A model generated the notes under the pieces. The model was given only the letters and a program-made list of their open reading frames with translations. It was not told where the DNA came from and searched no databases. Positions 37,066 to 50,972 of a stretch of DNA of 64,000 nucleotides are shown one piece after another. Both the position numbers and the translations under genes were made by a program. The stretch spans positions 41,230,001-41,294,000 of the forward strand of contig OX597830.1 of assembly GCA_951406725.2 (NCBI GenBank). Reading direction: 5' to 3'. Within the stretch, counting starts at the first letter, position 1. Each line of letters opens with the position of its first letter. Source of the stretch: Octopus vulgaris (Eukaryota).

Positions 37066-37216
37066 TCAGTGAATGTCTTATGAAAAAAGTTAAAACAAAC
37101 AACAACAAGACCAGAGATTATTATGCATTAATTAACAGGAATGATAGACCAGAAGAAACTTTGCACCTTTTCTTCACAATGGTACCTAGAGGCATCTAAG
37201 GTACCCTCTGCATCTA

Positions 37217-37428
37217 AGGCGGTGAGCTGGCAGAAATGTTAGCATGCCAGGTGAAATGCTTAGTGGTATTTCATTTGTCTTTACGTTCTGAGTTCAAATT
37301 CTGCCAAGGTCAACTTTGCCTTTCATCCTTTTGGGGTTAATAAATTAAGTACCAGTTGTGTACTGTAGTCGATCTAATCAACTGGCCCCCTTCCCAAAAA
37401 TTTCGGGCCTTGTACCTAAAGTAGAAAA
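37217..37428 (+). mobile_element. SINE family B, full length (tail type 2)
   Basis: GGCGGTGAGCTGGCAGAA...TAAGTACCAG...CCCAAAAATTTCGGGCCTTGTACC. Confidence 0.88.
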
Positions 37429-37484
37429 AAATTGCCCTCCCCATCTTTTAGTCCTCTTTTGCTGTGCATCTGGTTATAAAAAAG

Positions 37485-37916
37485 GAACATGTATCTGTGT
37501 AGTAAGAAGTTTGCTTCCCAAACACATAGTTCTGGGTTCAGTCCCACTGTGTGGCACCTTCAGTAAGTGGCTTTTACTATGATCCTGGGCTGACCAAAGT
37601 CTTGGGAGTGGATTTGACAGAAGAAAACTGAAAGAAGCCCATTGTGTGTGTGCGCATGTGTCTGTGTGTGTGTGTGCATGCATGTTTGTCCTCCATCACT
37701 GCTCGATGACTGCTGTTGGTTTGTTTATGTCCCTATAACTTAAAGGTGTTATAAGGATGTTGATATAAAGATGCTGATGGAATAGTAAGTACCAAGCTTC
37801 AAAAACAAAATAAGTGTTGGGGGGTTGATTCGTTTTGACTAAAACCCTTCAAAGCAGTGCTCCAACATGGCTGCAGTCCAATGACTAAAACAAATAAGAG
37901 ATAACAGATAAAAGAT
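37485..37916 (+). mobile_element. SINE family A
   Basis: Family match. Confidence 0.85.
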
Positions 37917-38217
37917 ACCCTTCACAGTCAATGGTTTCACCTCTGTTTTCTGAAGTAACTTTCTGTACTGACCGTTTCTGTTGAATTCATGGAAACATTG
38001 AGCAAATTGGATTGTGATGTTCATATCTTTTACAGGTACATTAGCAATATTTGAGAGAAAATACTTTACAATAGCTCAAACATCCAAAATGAAACCTGGG
38101 TCACAGATTACATTTGCTGGTAGCTCACAATTAATTCTCTCAAGTCACTCACAATTCCTATAATTTCTGTTATATAGATTTTGTATTGGTTATAAAGATA
38201 AAATTGGTTGAGGATTC

Positions 38218-38445
38218 TTAACATTTTCATTACCATATTTGTCTTGAGATGCTCTGTTTCTTTCAATTAATTTTAAATATAACAAAGAATTTAGTAAAAT
38301 AGCTTAGTTATCATTAAGCTAATGTTAGGAACATAAATTGTGACTAAGGTTTGGTGGAAGATTTTAATTCAAAACTTATGAAAACGAAACATTTGTTCTA
38401 CAGAGCCAGACCCAGTTTCAGCTGGGTTGGTATCAAAAGGGTTAA
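38218..38445. mobile_element. TTAA-flanked MITE, family M2
   Basis: TTAACATTTTCATTACC ... GGTATCAAAAGGGTTAA. Confidence 0.75.
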
Positions 38446-39949
38446 AGAACCTGTGTTTACCGCACTAAAATTGTATACCTGTTGTTGTTTTTCATTCGAA
38501 AACGCTAATTAATTTTATTTTGACTAGACCTATTGGTGACAGCATGGCCACAGTCCAACACTGAGACCATTAAAAGAATAATGTATTTCCAACTACGTTA
38601 TGCAAATTTTGAATCCCTTTTTTAAGGGTGTGATATGAGGGGGATTTAGTTGCTATTTCAGTGACCACATTGAAGTTTCATCATTGGTTTGAGAATTCGC
38701 TAGTTGATAAGATCAGGTTAAAGAACATCTTTTTAAATCATTTAATAAAAATGAACCAAAAGAAAGACAAAAAAAATAAAGATGTGAGTGCAATTTATCT
38801 ATGAATAGATTACATTCAGTTACAAAAGCTTCAGGGTGAGTGCAAAGATGCTAACATTGAACCCAGAATACTAGCAGCTTTGATATATTCTTGATCGATT
38901 CAATTTGTACTCAATAACATCATAAAGATCTTCAGTGATGTTAGAATTGGTGAACATCACTGAAATGGGAATGAGAAATGAATTTTTAAAACATTAAATT
39001 CTGTAAGAACCATCTAGTGGGTATTAAGAAGATATTTTTTCATATTCAACTTACTTATATAAGTAATTAATTTTCATACAAAATTAGATTTTTTTTTAAT
39101 ATTCAGAATTTTAAATAGCAGCTATAAAAGATCCTAGAAAATAAATTAAATTTTCAGTTTTTGTTATTAAAATTTTATCCTTTTAAACTAATTGATTTTT
39201 ATATAATTCATACATACATACATACATACATATATATATATATTCATTTTTTCTATAATTCATATATATATATATATACACATACATACATACATAAATT
39301 TATACATACACACATACACATGTATAATAGCATTAATTCTTGAGTAGTTTAATAAAATATTTTCGTCATTGTTTTTAATAATCATATTAATCCTTGCACA
39401 TCTTAGAATATTTATCTCTTACTCAATCTCCTCTTTTGCATTATGATTCATTGTAGTTTTCTTTCTTTCCTTTTTAACAATACATATCTACGATAAAGTT
39501 TACTGAAGATTATGTTGAATGACCTGAGCATGGTTGAATAAAAGAGAAATAAAAACCTTAGCTCAAGCAAACAGTAGTGTCTGTAATCTTTTATCATACG
39601 TTTATAAATAGCTAAAAATGCACGGAAAAATTATGACCAAGAATAATAAATGCATGCACTCGTATACTTAGATGCAGGCATTACTTATTTAAGAAATATT
39701 TGCCTTCCAGTTAGCACTGACTTCTTACAATCAACAAAGTATTTGTAGTAGTGTTCTGCAGTTCTGCAGCCTTGCTGGTGCTATGTGGAAATCCTACCAT
39801 AAATAAATTTCTATACAATATGTACAAATGCTATGAACCTTCTTTCTTAAAATTGTTTTATACAATGTTTTATAAAGGGAATATTTAAATAACTAAAATA
39901 TGCATCCATATAAGTGTTTTTATTCGTTTTCTCACTCAGCTACAAAAAA

Positions 39950-40049
39950 CATTATATATATATATATATATGCACACACACACGCACATATATATATACA
40001 TATATATGTATATATGCATATATATATACACATATATATACACATATAC

Positions 40050-40112
<63 letters not shown>

Positions 40113-40240
40113 CATATATATATGTATGTATACATATATATGTATGTATATACACATACACACATATATATGTATATATATATACACACATATATATATA
40201 CACACACAGACATACAGAGAGAGATAGAGAGAGAGAATGA
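39950..40240. repeat. Compound (TA)/(CA)/(GA) microsatellite
   Basis: Direct inspection. Confidence 0.95.
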
Positions 40241-40351
40241 GCCTTAGTTGGACAAAATGCATTGAGACCTTAAATAATTGATATTTAAAAAGAAAAACCG
40301 AAAAGGTATTTATATGAAAATGCCATTTATACAACAGGTTCTTGCATAACA

Positions 40352-40382
<31 letters not shown>

Positions 40383-40542
40383 TTTGATATCTAGAATTGT
40401 TGGCTATTTGTATTTCAAAATTCTGTCTCTCTCACTCACTTTGTATACATACATACGTACATACATACATACATACGTGTGTGTGTGTGTGTGTGCATGT
40501 AGAGAGAGATAAGAAAAGTAGAACTAAAGGTATGAGAGTGTG

Positions 40543-40581
<39 letters not shown>

Positions 40582-40584
<3 letters not shown>

Positions 40585-40735
40585 TAGGGGTGGCTGTTTG
40601 GTAAGTAGCTTGCTTACCAACCACATGCTTCCAGGTTCAGTCCCACCGTGTTGCACCTTGGGCAAGTGTCTTCTACCATAGCCTCAGGCTGACCAAAGCT
40701 TTGTGAGTGGATTTGGTCAACGGAAACTGAAAGAA

Positions 40736-40768
<33 letters not shown>

Positions 40769-40972
40769 CACTTATGTGTCTGTGTTTGTTCCCCTACCAT
40801 CGCTTGACAACCAATGGTGGTGTGTGTACGTCCCCATAACGTAGCAGTTCAGTGAAAGATACTGATAGAATAAGTACTAGGCTTACAAAGAATAAGATCT
40901 GGGGTTGATTTGTTTGATTAAAGGCAGTGCTCCAGTATGGCCACAGTCAAAAGGCTGAAACAAGTAAAAAAA
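40582..40972 (+). mobile_element. SINE family A, full length
   Basis: Family match. Confidence 0.9.
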
Positions 40973-41546
40973 TATATATATTATTAGTCAGCAGATGTTC
41001 CAATGTGACTCAAGAGATGGGGGTCCATGCCCTGCATGAAACTCTCAACTCTTGAGCCACTTTGTAATACCTACCGATTAACAATGATATATATCAATAT
41101 CATCATTTAAAGTCTGATTCTATATAATTTTGATTCATATGTGTGTGTGTGTATATATGCAAAAATGGTTTACTTCTGTACAAGCAGGAATGTTAGAAAA
41201 TTATTTCAGCTTTGAAAATGTACTTGGGTCTTAAAATGAAAATTTTTAAAAATACTATACCGGTTTCGACATTTTATTACATTTTTTTGCTATGGCAAAT
41301 ACAAAATAAGTTGAAAATTTCAAAGCAAAAAGCAAGCATGTGTCTGTTTGCAAATGCATAGACTCTCTACATTGAGAGTTCTCTTCATTGCTCTCTACAT
41401 TGTAAGATCTTGCAGCTCTCTATAATGAAGGCAACAGAAGACCACTCCAGCATTCATCACAAATCTAGTCATGGATGCCCATAGTTCCACTCATCTACAT
41501 AACAGTGGCAGGGCAGGATATCTTTAGATACTAGCATAGCTGTTTA

Positions 41547-41860
41547 TTTTTTTTATTTATGTGCCCTTTTCAAGCCTAGCCAGACTCATGTGCCCGGTTT
41601 CCTGGTTTTATAGTGTATGTGTTCCCCCCAGCTGGACAGGACGCCAGTCCATCACACCGTTACTCAAGAAACAGGAAGAAAGAGTGAGAGAAAGTTGGGG
41701 CGAAAGAATACAACTGGGGTCGCCACCACCCCCTGCCAGAGCCTCATGGAGCTTTAAGTGTTTTTGCTCAATAAACACACACAGCGCCCGGTCTGGGAAT
41801 CGAAACTGCGATCCAACGACCACGAGTCCACTGCCCTAACCACTGGGCCATTGCGCCTCC
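41547..41860 (-). mobile_element. SINE family C, full length, inserted in an old SINE A head
   Basis: Close to 29616-29934; 11-bp TSD ATAGCTGTTTA at 41536-41546 and 41861-41871. Confidence 0.9.
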
Positions 41861-42959
41861 ATAGCTGTTTAGTTTACTAGTTTTATTTGCAACCACATGA
41901 TTCCAGAGTCTATCTCAGGGCATGGAACCTTAGGCAAATGTCTTTTACAAGATTGACCAAAAATATTGCAATACTTTTGTCTATCACTGGCTTGAGAAAT
42001 GGAATGATATGGGTAATCACCTGACTTACTGAAAATAGTCAGGATGTAACCGTAGCATTAACATTATTCTACAGTAAAACTAGTTACATATATTTCTCAT
42101 ATAATATTTTATTGACATTAGATACACTTTCATACACTAAACTGTTGCGGTAATGCTATTGTATGGTATGCCAAAATATTGTATATGTGTGTAAGAGATG
42201 AAGAGAGTCGGCATAAGTGTGAACGTGTGTGTGTGTGTGTGTGTAAGGATGAGTTGTAAACATTTTCAGTGTTTTTGCCATTTTGTGTTTTAATTAAACT
42301 TGATTCAGTTTTTTTTGTGTTTTTGTAATTATTATTATTTAAGAAATGTTTATCTTCAGATTATATTAAATTTCCAAATATATTTAATCAGAATAAAACC
42401 TTCCTCCAATTAGTTGTCTTGCATGATGGGCAATTTCTGTCATTACGGTGACTTGTTTTTTAAATTAATCTCCAAGTCTGTTTCTCTTAGAGAAAGAGAG
42501 AGAGAGAGAGAGAGGGAGAAATGAGGGTGTATGAGTTTTTAGCCTGACAGTATTTTAATTTAAATTTTCCAAGTTGAAAAGCTTCCGAGATATGTGTATC
42601 ATTATTATTTCTTTAATCAAAGGTGTGATTTTCATTATCAGTGACATGTATTTGACATGTGATAGCATTATCTAACACAATATCAGTATGTGATGTGAAA
42701 TTTGGTTTAGAAATTTCACAAACTTCTCACAAACATTTCAATACAGCTGCATTTTTGTAGATTTGTTTTAATGAATTAAAACAAAAAAGAAATTATTATC
42801 ATTATTTACTCACCATCCCCAATGTCACTTGAGAGCATGTCCCGACACATCTTTGCCATCATCTCTCCCACTGTTGCTCTCTTTATCTTACTCTCTAACT
42901 TACTCTCCTTTCTTTTCCAACTGAAGTATCCGTGTGTCTACTCTGCAGCAAGACACCTA

Positions 42960-43040
42960 TATCTGTCTTCTACTTATAGTCTCAGGCCAACCAAAGCCTT
43001 GTGAGTGGATTTGATAGACGGAAACTGAAAGAATCTCGTA

Positions 43041-43108
<68 letters not shown>

Positions 43109-43298
43109 TGTTCCCCCCCCCACCATCACTTAACAACCCCATGTTCTTGTGTTTACATCCTCATAACTTTGCAGTTCGGCACGAGAAACTGATAAAATAA
43201 GTTCTTGGCTTACAAAGAATAAGTCCTGGGGTCGATTTGTTCAACTAAAGGCGATGCTCCAGCATGGCCGCAGTCAAACGACTGAAACAAATAAAAGA
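42960..43298 (+). mobile_element. SINE family A, 5'-truncated
   Basis: Starts at TGTCTTCTACT; tail intact. Confidence 0.85.
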
Positions 43299-43361
43299 AC
43301 ATATATATATATAAATACACACACACATTTTCCTTGGGAAAATTTGCATATATATATATAC

Positions 43362-43421
<60 letters not shown>

Positions 43422-43842
43422 CCATATTTTTTTTTCCAGCTTGCCATAATTTTATATTTATTTCTATATTAACTCTATTTCCATAACACGTCTTTCAGAA
43501 GCAATATGCTGCTAAAATTTTTATTTCCTTTTGATTTTGTGGAGTTATTATTACCATAACACACAATGCTTTCGCCAAAATATATTTTATTTCATTATCT
43601 CACCATTCCATTCAGTGGAATGGCTAAGTAGAGTAAACATGCTACGTCTGAGAGAATGATAAATGATGGAAATAGTAAAACTTTGAAAAAAGAAAAAAAT
43701 TCAGTGAACTCTAATTTTAAACCGATTCTTAGGTTTGAAATGTGATGTTCTCTTTGGTTACACAGCAAGTGGTAATATTCAAGATTATAATGCTACCTGT
43801 TCAGTCCACTATTTTTATCATAGCTTCCTCCCTATCTCTCTT

Positions 43843-43848
43843 TATATA

Positions 43849-43884
<36 letters not shown>

Positions 43885-43891
43885 TGTATGT

Positions 43892-43936
<45 letters not shown>

Positions 43937-44132
43937 TGTGTGTATGTATGTGTGTGTGTATGTGTGTGTGTGTATGTATGTATGTATATATATATATATA
44001 TGTATGTATATATATATGTATGTATGTATGTATATGTATGTATGTATGTATGTATATGTATGTATGTATGTATGTATATGTATGTATGTATGTATGTATG
44101 TATATGTATGTATGTATGTATGTATATGTATG

Positions 44133-44181
<49 letters not shown>

Positions 44182-44272
44182 GTATATATATGTATATATA
44201 TATTTATATATATACATACACACACACATATATGGGAGTGTGTATATAGATATACACACACTATATCATACA

Positions 44273-44313
<41 letters not shown>

Positions 44314-44359
44314 ATAGAGACAGAGAGACATATGCACATGTGTGTGAATATGTGTGTGT

Positions 44360-44410
<51 letters not shown>
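43843..44410. repeat. Compound (TA)/(TATG)/(TG)/(CA) microsatellite, about 570 bp
   Basis: Direct inspection; source of the longest ORFs in the track. Confidence 0.95.
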
Positions 44411-44412
<2 letters not shown>

Positions 44413-44434
44413 GATATACATTTCTGTGTGTGTG

Positions 44435-44580
44435 TGCAGGTATGGCTACATAGTTAAGAAGTTTATTTCCCAACCACATGGTTTCAGGTTCAAGCATACA
44501 ACATGACTCTTTGGGCAATTGTCTTCAACTATAGCCCAGGGATAACAAAAGCCTTGAAAGTGGATTAGATTGACAGAAAC
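44435..44580 (+). mobile_element. SINE family A head fragment
   Basis: GCAGGTATGGCT...CCAACCACATGG...TTGGGCAATTGTCTTC. Confidence 0.7.
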
Positions 44581-44686
44581 CCAATATTTACATCCTATTT
44601 ACTTATAGCTTTATTTGCTCTAAGATCCACCATTCCAGAAAAGAATTTTTACACACTCTCTCAAAGTCTATAAATTCTTATGGCAT

Positions 44687-44726
<40 letters not shown>

Positions 44727-44869
44727 CACAGCATATATACCCAAGATGTATTTTCCTGTTTGTTGGTAGGCTGTGATTTATGGGCATAAGAGAATATATT
44801 CTCATCGGTTCATCTTGCGTTAAAACACATACCTCGTGTAAGTGTGTTCAGTTTTGTTTATATCTTTCA

Positions 44870-45288
44870 GGCTGCTTCTCATTCATATTTTGCCATCAGT
44901 AATTACTCAGGGTAGACAGTTGGTGATCTTTATGTAGTAAAACACACTAAAAATAAACGAAACACAAGTGCGCAACTGAGTTGAAGGCAGATCTATTTCT
45001 GCCTTTATAGCACATAAAGAAAACAGTGTTGTAGAAATATACGCAGCACTTGTAGTATACCAGTACTATATGTAGTTTAAATACTGAGATTGAAAAGCAG
45101 GGGCGAATTATGCCGACCTAATCAACAAAAAAAAAAAAAATTTGTATTTTATGCATAATAATCAGAGCAACCTTCATAATTTTATTGAATTAGGTGCATA
45201 TTTTGCCATGAGAGAAAAATGTTGCTGTCGATCTATTTTATTCAAGGCAGGCACTACCTGCCCCACCTACTTAGGCGGCACGTCCCTG
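44870..45288 (+). mobile_element. Possible decayed 3' end of a hAT transposon
   Basis: Translation LLLIHILPSVITQGRQ...TLKINETQVRN*VEGRSISAF loosely resembles the hAT dimerisation domain; ends in TIR-like GGCGGCACGTCCCTG. Confidence 0.35.
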
Positions 45289-45509
45289 ATAATATATATT
45301 TATATGTATATAATAATAATAAAGGGTAAAATTAATTAATCAATTAATAATTAATAATTTTACCAAGTAGTTTGGTATGTTAAAAGAACCATTATCGGTA
45401 AACTTATACAAAAATTTTATAATTATGAGCATAATTATAATTACGGTTCAGCAAAAATTGCTTCACCACATACCAAAATTTAGAAATAGCAGTTAAAATA
45501 CTATTCTTC

Positions 45510-45833
45510 TTCTCAAACATGACATAATGCCAAAGGTCTCGGTCATTGCATTCGTGAGGCCCAATGCTCAAAAGGTACCCTTTACATGCCACCAGCATGT
45601 ATGCCGGTTATGTGGCACCAGCATCAGCCATAACTATGATTTCACTTGGCTTGACGGGACTTCTCAAGCACTGCATATTGCCAAAGGTTTCGGTCACTAG
45701 TCATTGCCTCTGTGAGGCGCATGATGTATAATCAGGCTGTTATTAAAATCTATTCTTGAATAAAACTGTGAGGCTTGAAACCATCCAACCCATACCAGCA
45801 TGGACAAAGGACATTAAATGATGATGATGATGA
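45510..45833 (+). mobile_element. SINE-like family D, long variant
   Basis: Ends CATCCAACCCATACCAGCATGGAC..GGACATTAAATGATGATG; 5' part shared with 54365. Confidence 0.6.
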
Positions 45834-46129
45834 TATTTAGCAAAAATGGAGTGGGGTATGCAAAAGCATCCTTTATAAAAGCAAATTATTTAGAAATAGA
45901 AAGGCTTCATTTATCATGGTCAAGTCCATTCTTATTTAAAAGATTTTTTTTAAAAATCTAAATACAGTTATGAATCATGAGATATAAGAATTCAACGGTT
46001 ACATATCTTGTTATAATATTAATTTGAATTTATTCATTAAAAGCTAGAAGGGCAACCAGTTTTGAGCTGGATGAAATAGAATTTTAAAATCTACAAAAAC
46101 AAGAAGGATATATATCATTATGTTTTATT

Positions 46130-46620
46130 TTTTATCTTTTACTTGTTTAAGTATTTGACTGTGGCCATGTCGGGGCACTGGCTTGAAGGATTTAAGTCGA
46201 ACAAATCGACCCCAGTGCTTAATTCTTGTCTTTTTAATTCTGGTACTTGTTCTGTCAGGCCTTTTTGCCAAACCACAGAAGCACACAGATATGTGTGTGT
46301 GTGTGTGTGTAGAACAAAACAGGAAGTTGGAACATTCATTGGTATTATTTATTCACCATTACACATGTTTTATTTGCTAATAGGAATTACAGAGTTTTAC
46401 ATGTTAGATAAAAATGTAAGCAATTTCCTACTATCCTACCTTACTTACATATACTGATGAGCTTCCACACAGTTTCTATCTACTAAATTCACTCACAGGG
46501 CATTGGTCAGCCTGAGGCTTTTGTAGAAAACACTTGCACAAGGTGCAGTGCTATGGGATTGAACCCAAAGCCTCATAGTTGCAAAGCAAACTTCTCATCT
46601 TCACAGTTATGCCCACACGT
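46130..46620 (-). mobile_element. SINE family A with a ~130-bp foreign insert
   Basis: Tail 46130-46290 and head 46455-46620; the middle matches 49320-49440. Confidence 0.72.
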
Positions 46621-47304
46621 TATTAGATAACTTGTTTTACATTTAAACCATTAGAAAGATATAAAGGAAGTAATAACAACTCTGACTAAAAAAAAATTAG
46701 GAATACTAATTAATTACCATAGTTGTATGAAAGCAATTTTATCTATCTATGTAACTACCCACCCATCCATCTATTTGTGTGTGTGTGTGTGAACAGATAC
46801 TTGAAAATAAAAATACGTTGTATATATTAAGATCCAAATTTTGTGGCTTATTTATTTACTGTTTATTTTTTGCTAAATATTAAAATATTAAATTTGCATC
46901 AATTTTAATATTTGCAAATTTAATTTCTTTTCAGAGTTAATAAAAATATGCTTTAGTCTTGAACGATTTCCTTAACACTAATTCAAGTTTTAGATTCTGT
47001 TTTTCTGGGTGGGGATTTAAGGAACAGTTACTTCTGCATCTATTCATCAGCAATGGTGTTTGTATCCTTGAGCCGAGCAGATAACTCTGCTAGTCCCAGT
47101 ATGCATGGTCAACAGTGGGTCCACCCTTTTTTTTTTTTTTTACGTGGTGGAAATATTAGTAGTAGCAAGGCCATACAGCTGTAAAAACAATATAAGCTAT
47201 GCATGCCAATTAGGGAGTTGTACATGGTTGCATGCCTGCTAGAAATAGCAGCCAGCTCTCACTCAAACTGCACCTTTTCTTAAAAAGCAAGCATATATTG
47301 GGCT

Positions 47305-47486
47305 ATATTCTTTTGTATGTTTTAGTCATTTGGCTATGGACATACTGGAGCACCACCTTAAACGATTTTAGTTGAAGAAATCAACCCCAGGACTTATTCT
47401 TTGCAAGTTTAGTACTTATTCCATCAATCTCTTTTACTGAAGTGCTAAGCTACAGGGACATAAATACACCAACATCGGTTGTCAAC

Positions 47487-47518
<32 letters not shown>

Positions 47519-47670
47519 TAAACATATCTACAGGCTTCTTTCAGTTTCCATCTGCCAAATCCACTCACAAGGCTTTGGTTAGGCTGAGGCTATAGTAGAA
47601 GACACTTGCTCAAAGTGCCATGCAATGGGACTGAACCTGGAACTATGTGGTTGGGAAGCAAACTTATTAC
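47305..47670 (-). mobile_element. SINE family A
   Basis: Family match. Confidence 0.87.
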
Positions 47671-47751
47671 TTGATTATGGCTGGCCTAGGGTTAAAGAAA
47701 AACTAGATGTAAGCTATAGTGTGTGTGTGTCTGTACCTTTGTATAGACAGT

Positions 47752-47972
47752 CATCACGTGGTGGCTGTAAATGAGCATCATTGTCATACAAGTGAGGTTG
47801 TTTGTTTCTAGTCTTCCATGAAATGCATATCTGGCCTTGGGGAAATATTACTTTACTAGGAAACAGTTGAGGATTGGCAACAGGAAAGGCATCCGACTGT
47901 AGAAGATTTGCCTCACCAAATTCCATCTGACCCATGTAAACATAAGGAAGTGTTAAATGATGATGATGATGT
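47752..47972 (+). mobile_element. SINE-like family D copy
   Basis: Reverse-complement homologue of 903-1135; (GAT)n tail. Confidence 0.72.
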
Positions 47973-47984
47973 ATTTCATTTAAC

Positions 47985-48272
47985 ATAAAAAGCACCATCC
48001 GATCATGGCCGTTGCCAGCCTCACCTAGCCTCCGTGCCAGTGGCACGTAAAAAGCACCATCTGATCATGGCCGTTTGCCAACCTCGTCTGGCACGTAAAA
48101 AGCACCCACTACACTCACGGAGTGGTTGGCGTTAGGAAGGGCATCAAGCCGTAGAAACACTGTCAGTTCAGACTGGGCCTGGTGCAGCCTTCTGGCTTCC
48201 CCAGACCCCAGTTGAACTGTCCAACTCATGCTAGCATGGAAAGCGGACGCTAAACGATGATGATGATGATGA
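47985..48272 (+). mobile_element. SINE-like family D, young copy with internal tandem units
   Basis: Three TAAAAAGCACC units; GGTTGGCGTTAGGAAGGGCATC; tail GGAAAGCGGACGCTAAACGATGATG. Confidence 0.8.
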
Positions 48273-49549
48273 TATACTATATCACATATTGTGTTGCATA
48301 CTGTATTATGTATGATATATTTTATTTATTCTATACTTTTACATTTTCTTTGTATTTGTTTTCTCTTATGCTTCTGCCCCTACCCTTGTTATTAATGGTA
48401 GGGCAGTGTAGAGCTGTATCTGAGGGTGTTTCTGGTTATGCTTATTTAGTCTTCTGTTGTTTAACCCCAGGTCTACCTTGATCAAGAAGTCTGATAATCA
48501 AACAAATCCCAACTATGACTATCCCACTTTTTCAGAAATATTTTATCTCAAATCACATTATTGAATATGGCCTTCATTTTTTTTAAAAAAAAGCAGAAAA
48601 ACAAACAACAGGGTGTGATATGAGAAAGATTTTGTTGGTATTTCTAGCATTACAGTTGACCACATAGACTCTTCCTCATTTATTCATATGTATATATTTC
48701 AGTTGTGGAGTTAAAGTAGTTGGGGTAGATGTGGTTGGGGTGGTGGATATATACATTTTTATGTAATATTCTGCAATGTGTCTCTTTGAAGTCGGCATCA
48801 CCATCTTTCAAAATATGTCTACTGTCCTCTCTGTTGGTCATTTGGAATTGCTGAAATTTGGAAATTTTGTTTCAGTTGCATTTTCTGAAAATGACTCTTG
48901 TCAACTTCTTTTTTTTTTTTTTAAACAAAATTTATTCATTTATTTATTTATTCATTTATTTGCTTATTAAATTGATTTATGTGTTTATAGAATAGAATTT
49001 ATTTCTTGCTGTAGACAGCATTATAGCAGAGAGATATTGAAATTTGTCTTGATAGAGCTTAAAAGTTAAATACAGAATATCAAATTGATATTGTAGATAA
49101 AATAAATACTGAAATAAATAACAACAACAACAACGAAAACAACATAAAAAGTGTTTAAATATATATAAACAATTGGTTTCATCATGATCTAATATAGCAT
49201 TTAGCTCCTTCATATATTTTTAAAGATTGTTAAAAATCTTAAATACAAAACATTGTGTGCATGCATATGTGTGTGTGTACACACACACACATATAGGTAT
49301 GCATACACACACACATACATTAAAATGGGAGACTGGGAAAATTTTTGGTGTTATTTTATTCACCATTACACATGTTTCATTTGCTAATAGGAGTTACAAA
49401 ACTGTACATGTAGAAGAAACATGTAAGATATCTCCTATTAGAAATTCTTCAGACGGAGAATCAAATAATTACTTAATTATCAGCAAATGACAGTGAATAA
49501 ATAATACCAAAATTTTTTATAATCTCCTATTTTGGTATATATATATATA

Positions 49550-49751
49550 TACTCTTACTCTCTCTTTACTCTTTTACTTGTTTCAGTCATACTGGAGCAC
49601 CACCTTTAGTTGAGCAAATCAACCCCAGGACTTATTCTATCGGTCTTTTTTGCTGAACCGCTAAGTTATGGGGACGTAAACACACCACATCGGTTGTTAA
49701 GCGATGTTGGGGGACAAACACAGACACACAAACATATACACACACATACAT

Positions 49752-49789
<38 letters not shown>

Positions 49790-49953
49790 TTGCAATAGGC
49801 TTCTTTCAGTTTCCATCTACCAAATCCACTCACAAGGCTTTGGTCAGCCTGAGGCTATAGTAAAAGACACTTGCCCAAGGTGCCATGCAGTGGGACTGAA
49901 CCTGGAACCATGTGGTTCGTAAGCAAGCTACTTACCACACAGCCACTCCTGCA

Positions 49954-49955
<2 letters not shown>
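49550..49955 (-). mobile_element. SINE family A, full length
   Basis: Family match. Confidence 0.9.
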
Positions 49956-49993
<38 letters not shown>

Positions 49994-50134
49994 CTCTACA
50001 AAAAATATTTCCCAGAATTTTCAACTCTTATGCTTACCTCACACAAATATAACATCTGTACATGGATTTGGAACACTGGAACAAGCAGATGTGCTTCAAG
50101 AGGACACACCTTGGATTTTAACCCCATCTACATA

Positions 50135-50192
<58 letters not shown>

Positions 50193-50205
50193 ATGTACAT
50201 ATACA

Positions 50206-50427
50206 TACAAGGGGGTGCTGAAAAGTTCCTGGTTTTAAGGGTATTACAAAAGACCTGGTCAGAGGCCTAACCTTCTGAGTTCTTTTACAGGGCTTAGAGA
50301 AACTGAAGGACTGTTGCAATAAGTGTGTGAATCTGAGAGGATAATATGTTGAATAAAATCATAATTCACTGATCCTCCTGTATTTTCTTTTACCCAAATC
50401 CAGCAACTTTTCAGCACCTGCTTTTAT
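50206..50427 (+). mobile_element. Mariner-derived MITE
   Basis: TIRs GGTGCTGAAAAGTTCCTGG and CCAGCAACTTTTCAGCACC; TA flanks; retains the transposase C-terminus QGLEKLKDCCNKCVNLRG*YVE*. Confidence 0.85.
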
Positions 50428-50935
50428 ATACTTCTCTCTCATTTTCTCTAGTGCTGACTATCTGAGAAATGCATTAGGGAAACATGGGACCTGTAAGATG
50501 TAGAATGGAAAATTGCAAAGGTTTACTTTGCTTCCCTTGAATGACTGGAATAAATATCTGGCTATCGAAGATGGCTTACACTGAGGGCTGAGTGTGCAAT
50601 GTGAATTAGCAATGACAGTTGGGTGTTGCAAGCTGTTCGTGGAAAGGTAGGTACATGCTGTAAAATACAAACACAAGATTTGGAAAGTAGTTTAATCACA
50701 TCTGAGAAAGTTCAGTTTTGAAGAGAATAGGAAGTAGCATCAGGACACATTGAAATGTTAATGGCGCTTGCATTGAATAGCATGAGAATGATAAACTGTG
50801 GTGGTAGTGGAGGTGGTGGTGGTGGCAGTGGTAATGAGAATGTTTTATTTAAATGTGTGTATATGATATGCTCGTCTTGTTATATGAAAATGAACTCTCA
50901 CATATATATAATGTAGATGTGTGTGTGTGTGAGAG

Positions 50936-50972
<37 letters not shown>

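Noticed and set aside
43735-44457. Longest ORF (240 aa) and the many YI/CV/HT-repeat ORFs
   Set aside because: These are translations of (TA), (TG) and (TATG) microsatellites, which lack stop codons.
50452-50646. Exon candidate with a pyrimidine acceptor and GTAGGT donor
   Set aside because: No open frame across it; at most a non-coding exon, which cannot be tested from sequence alone.
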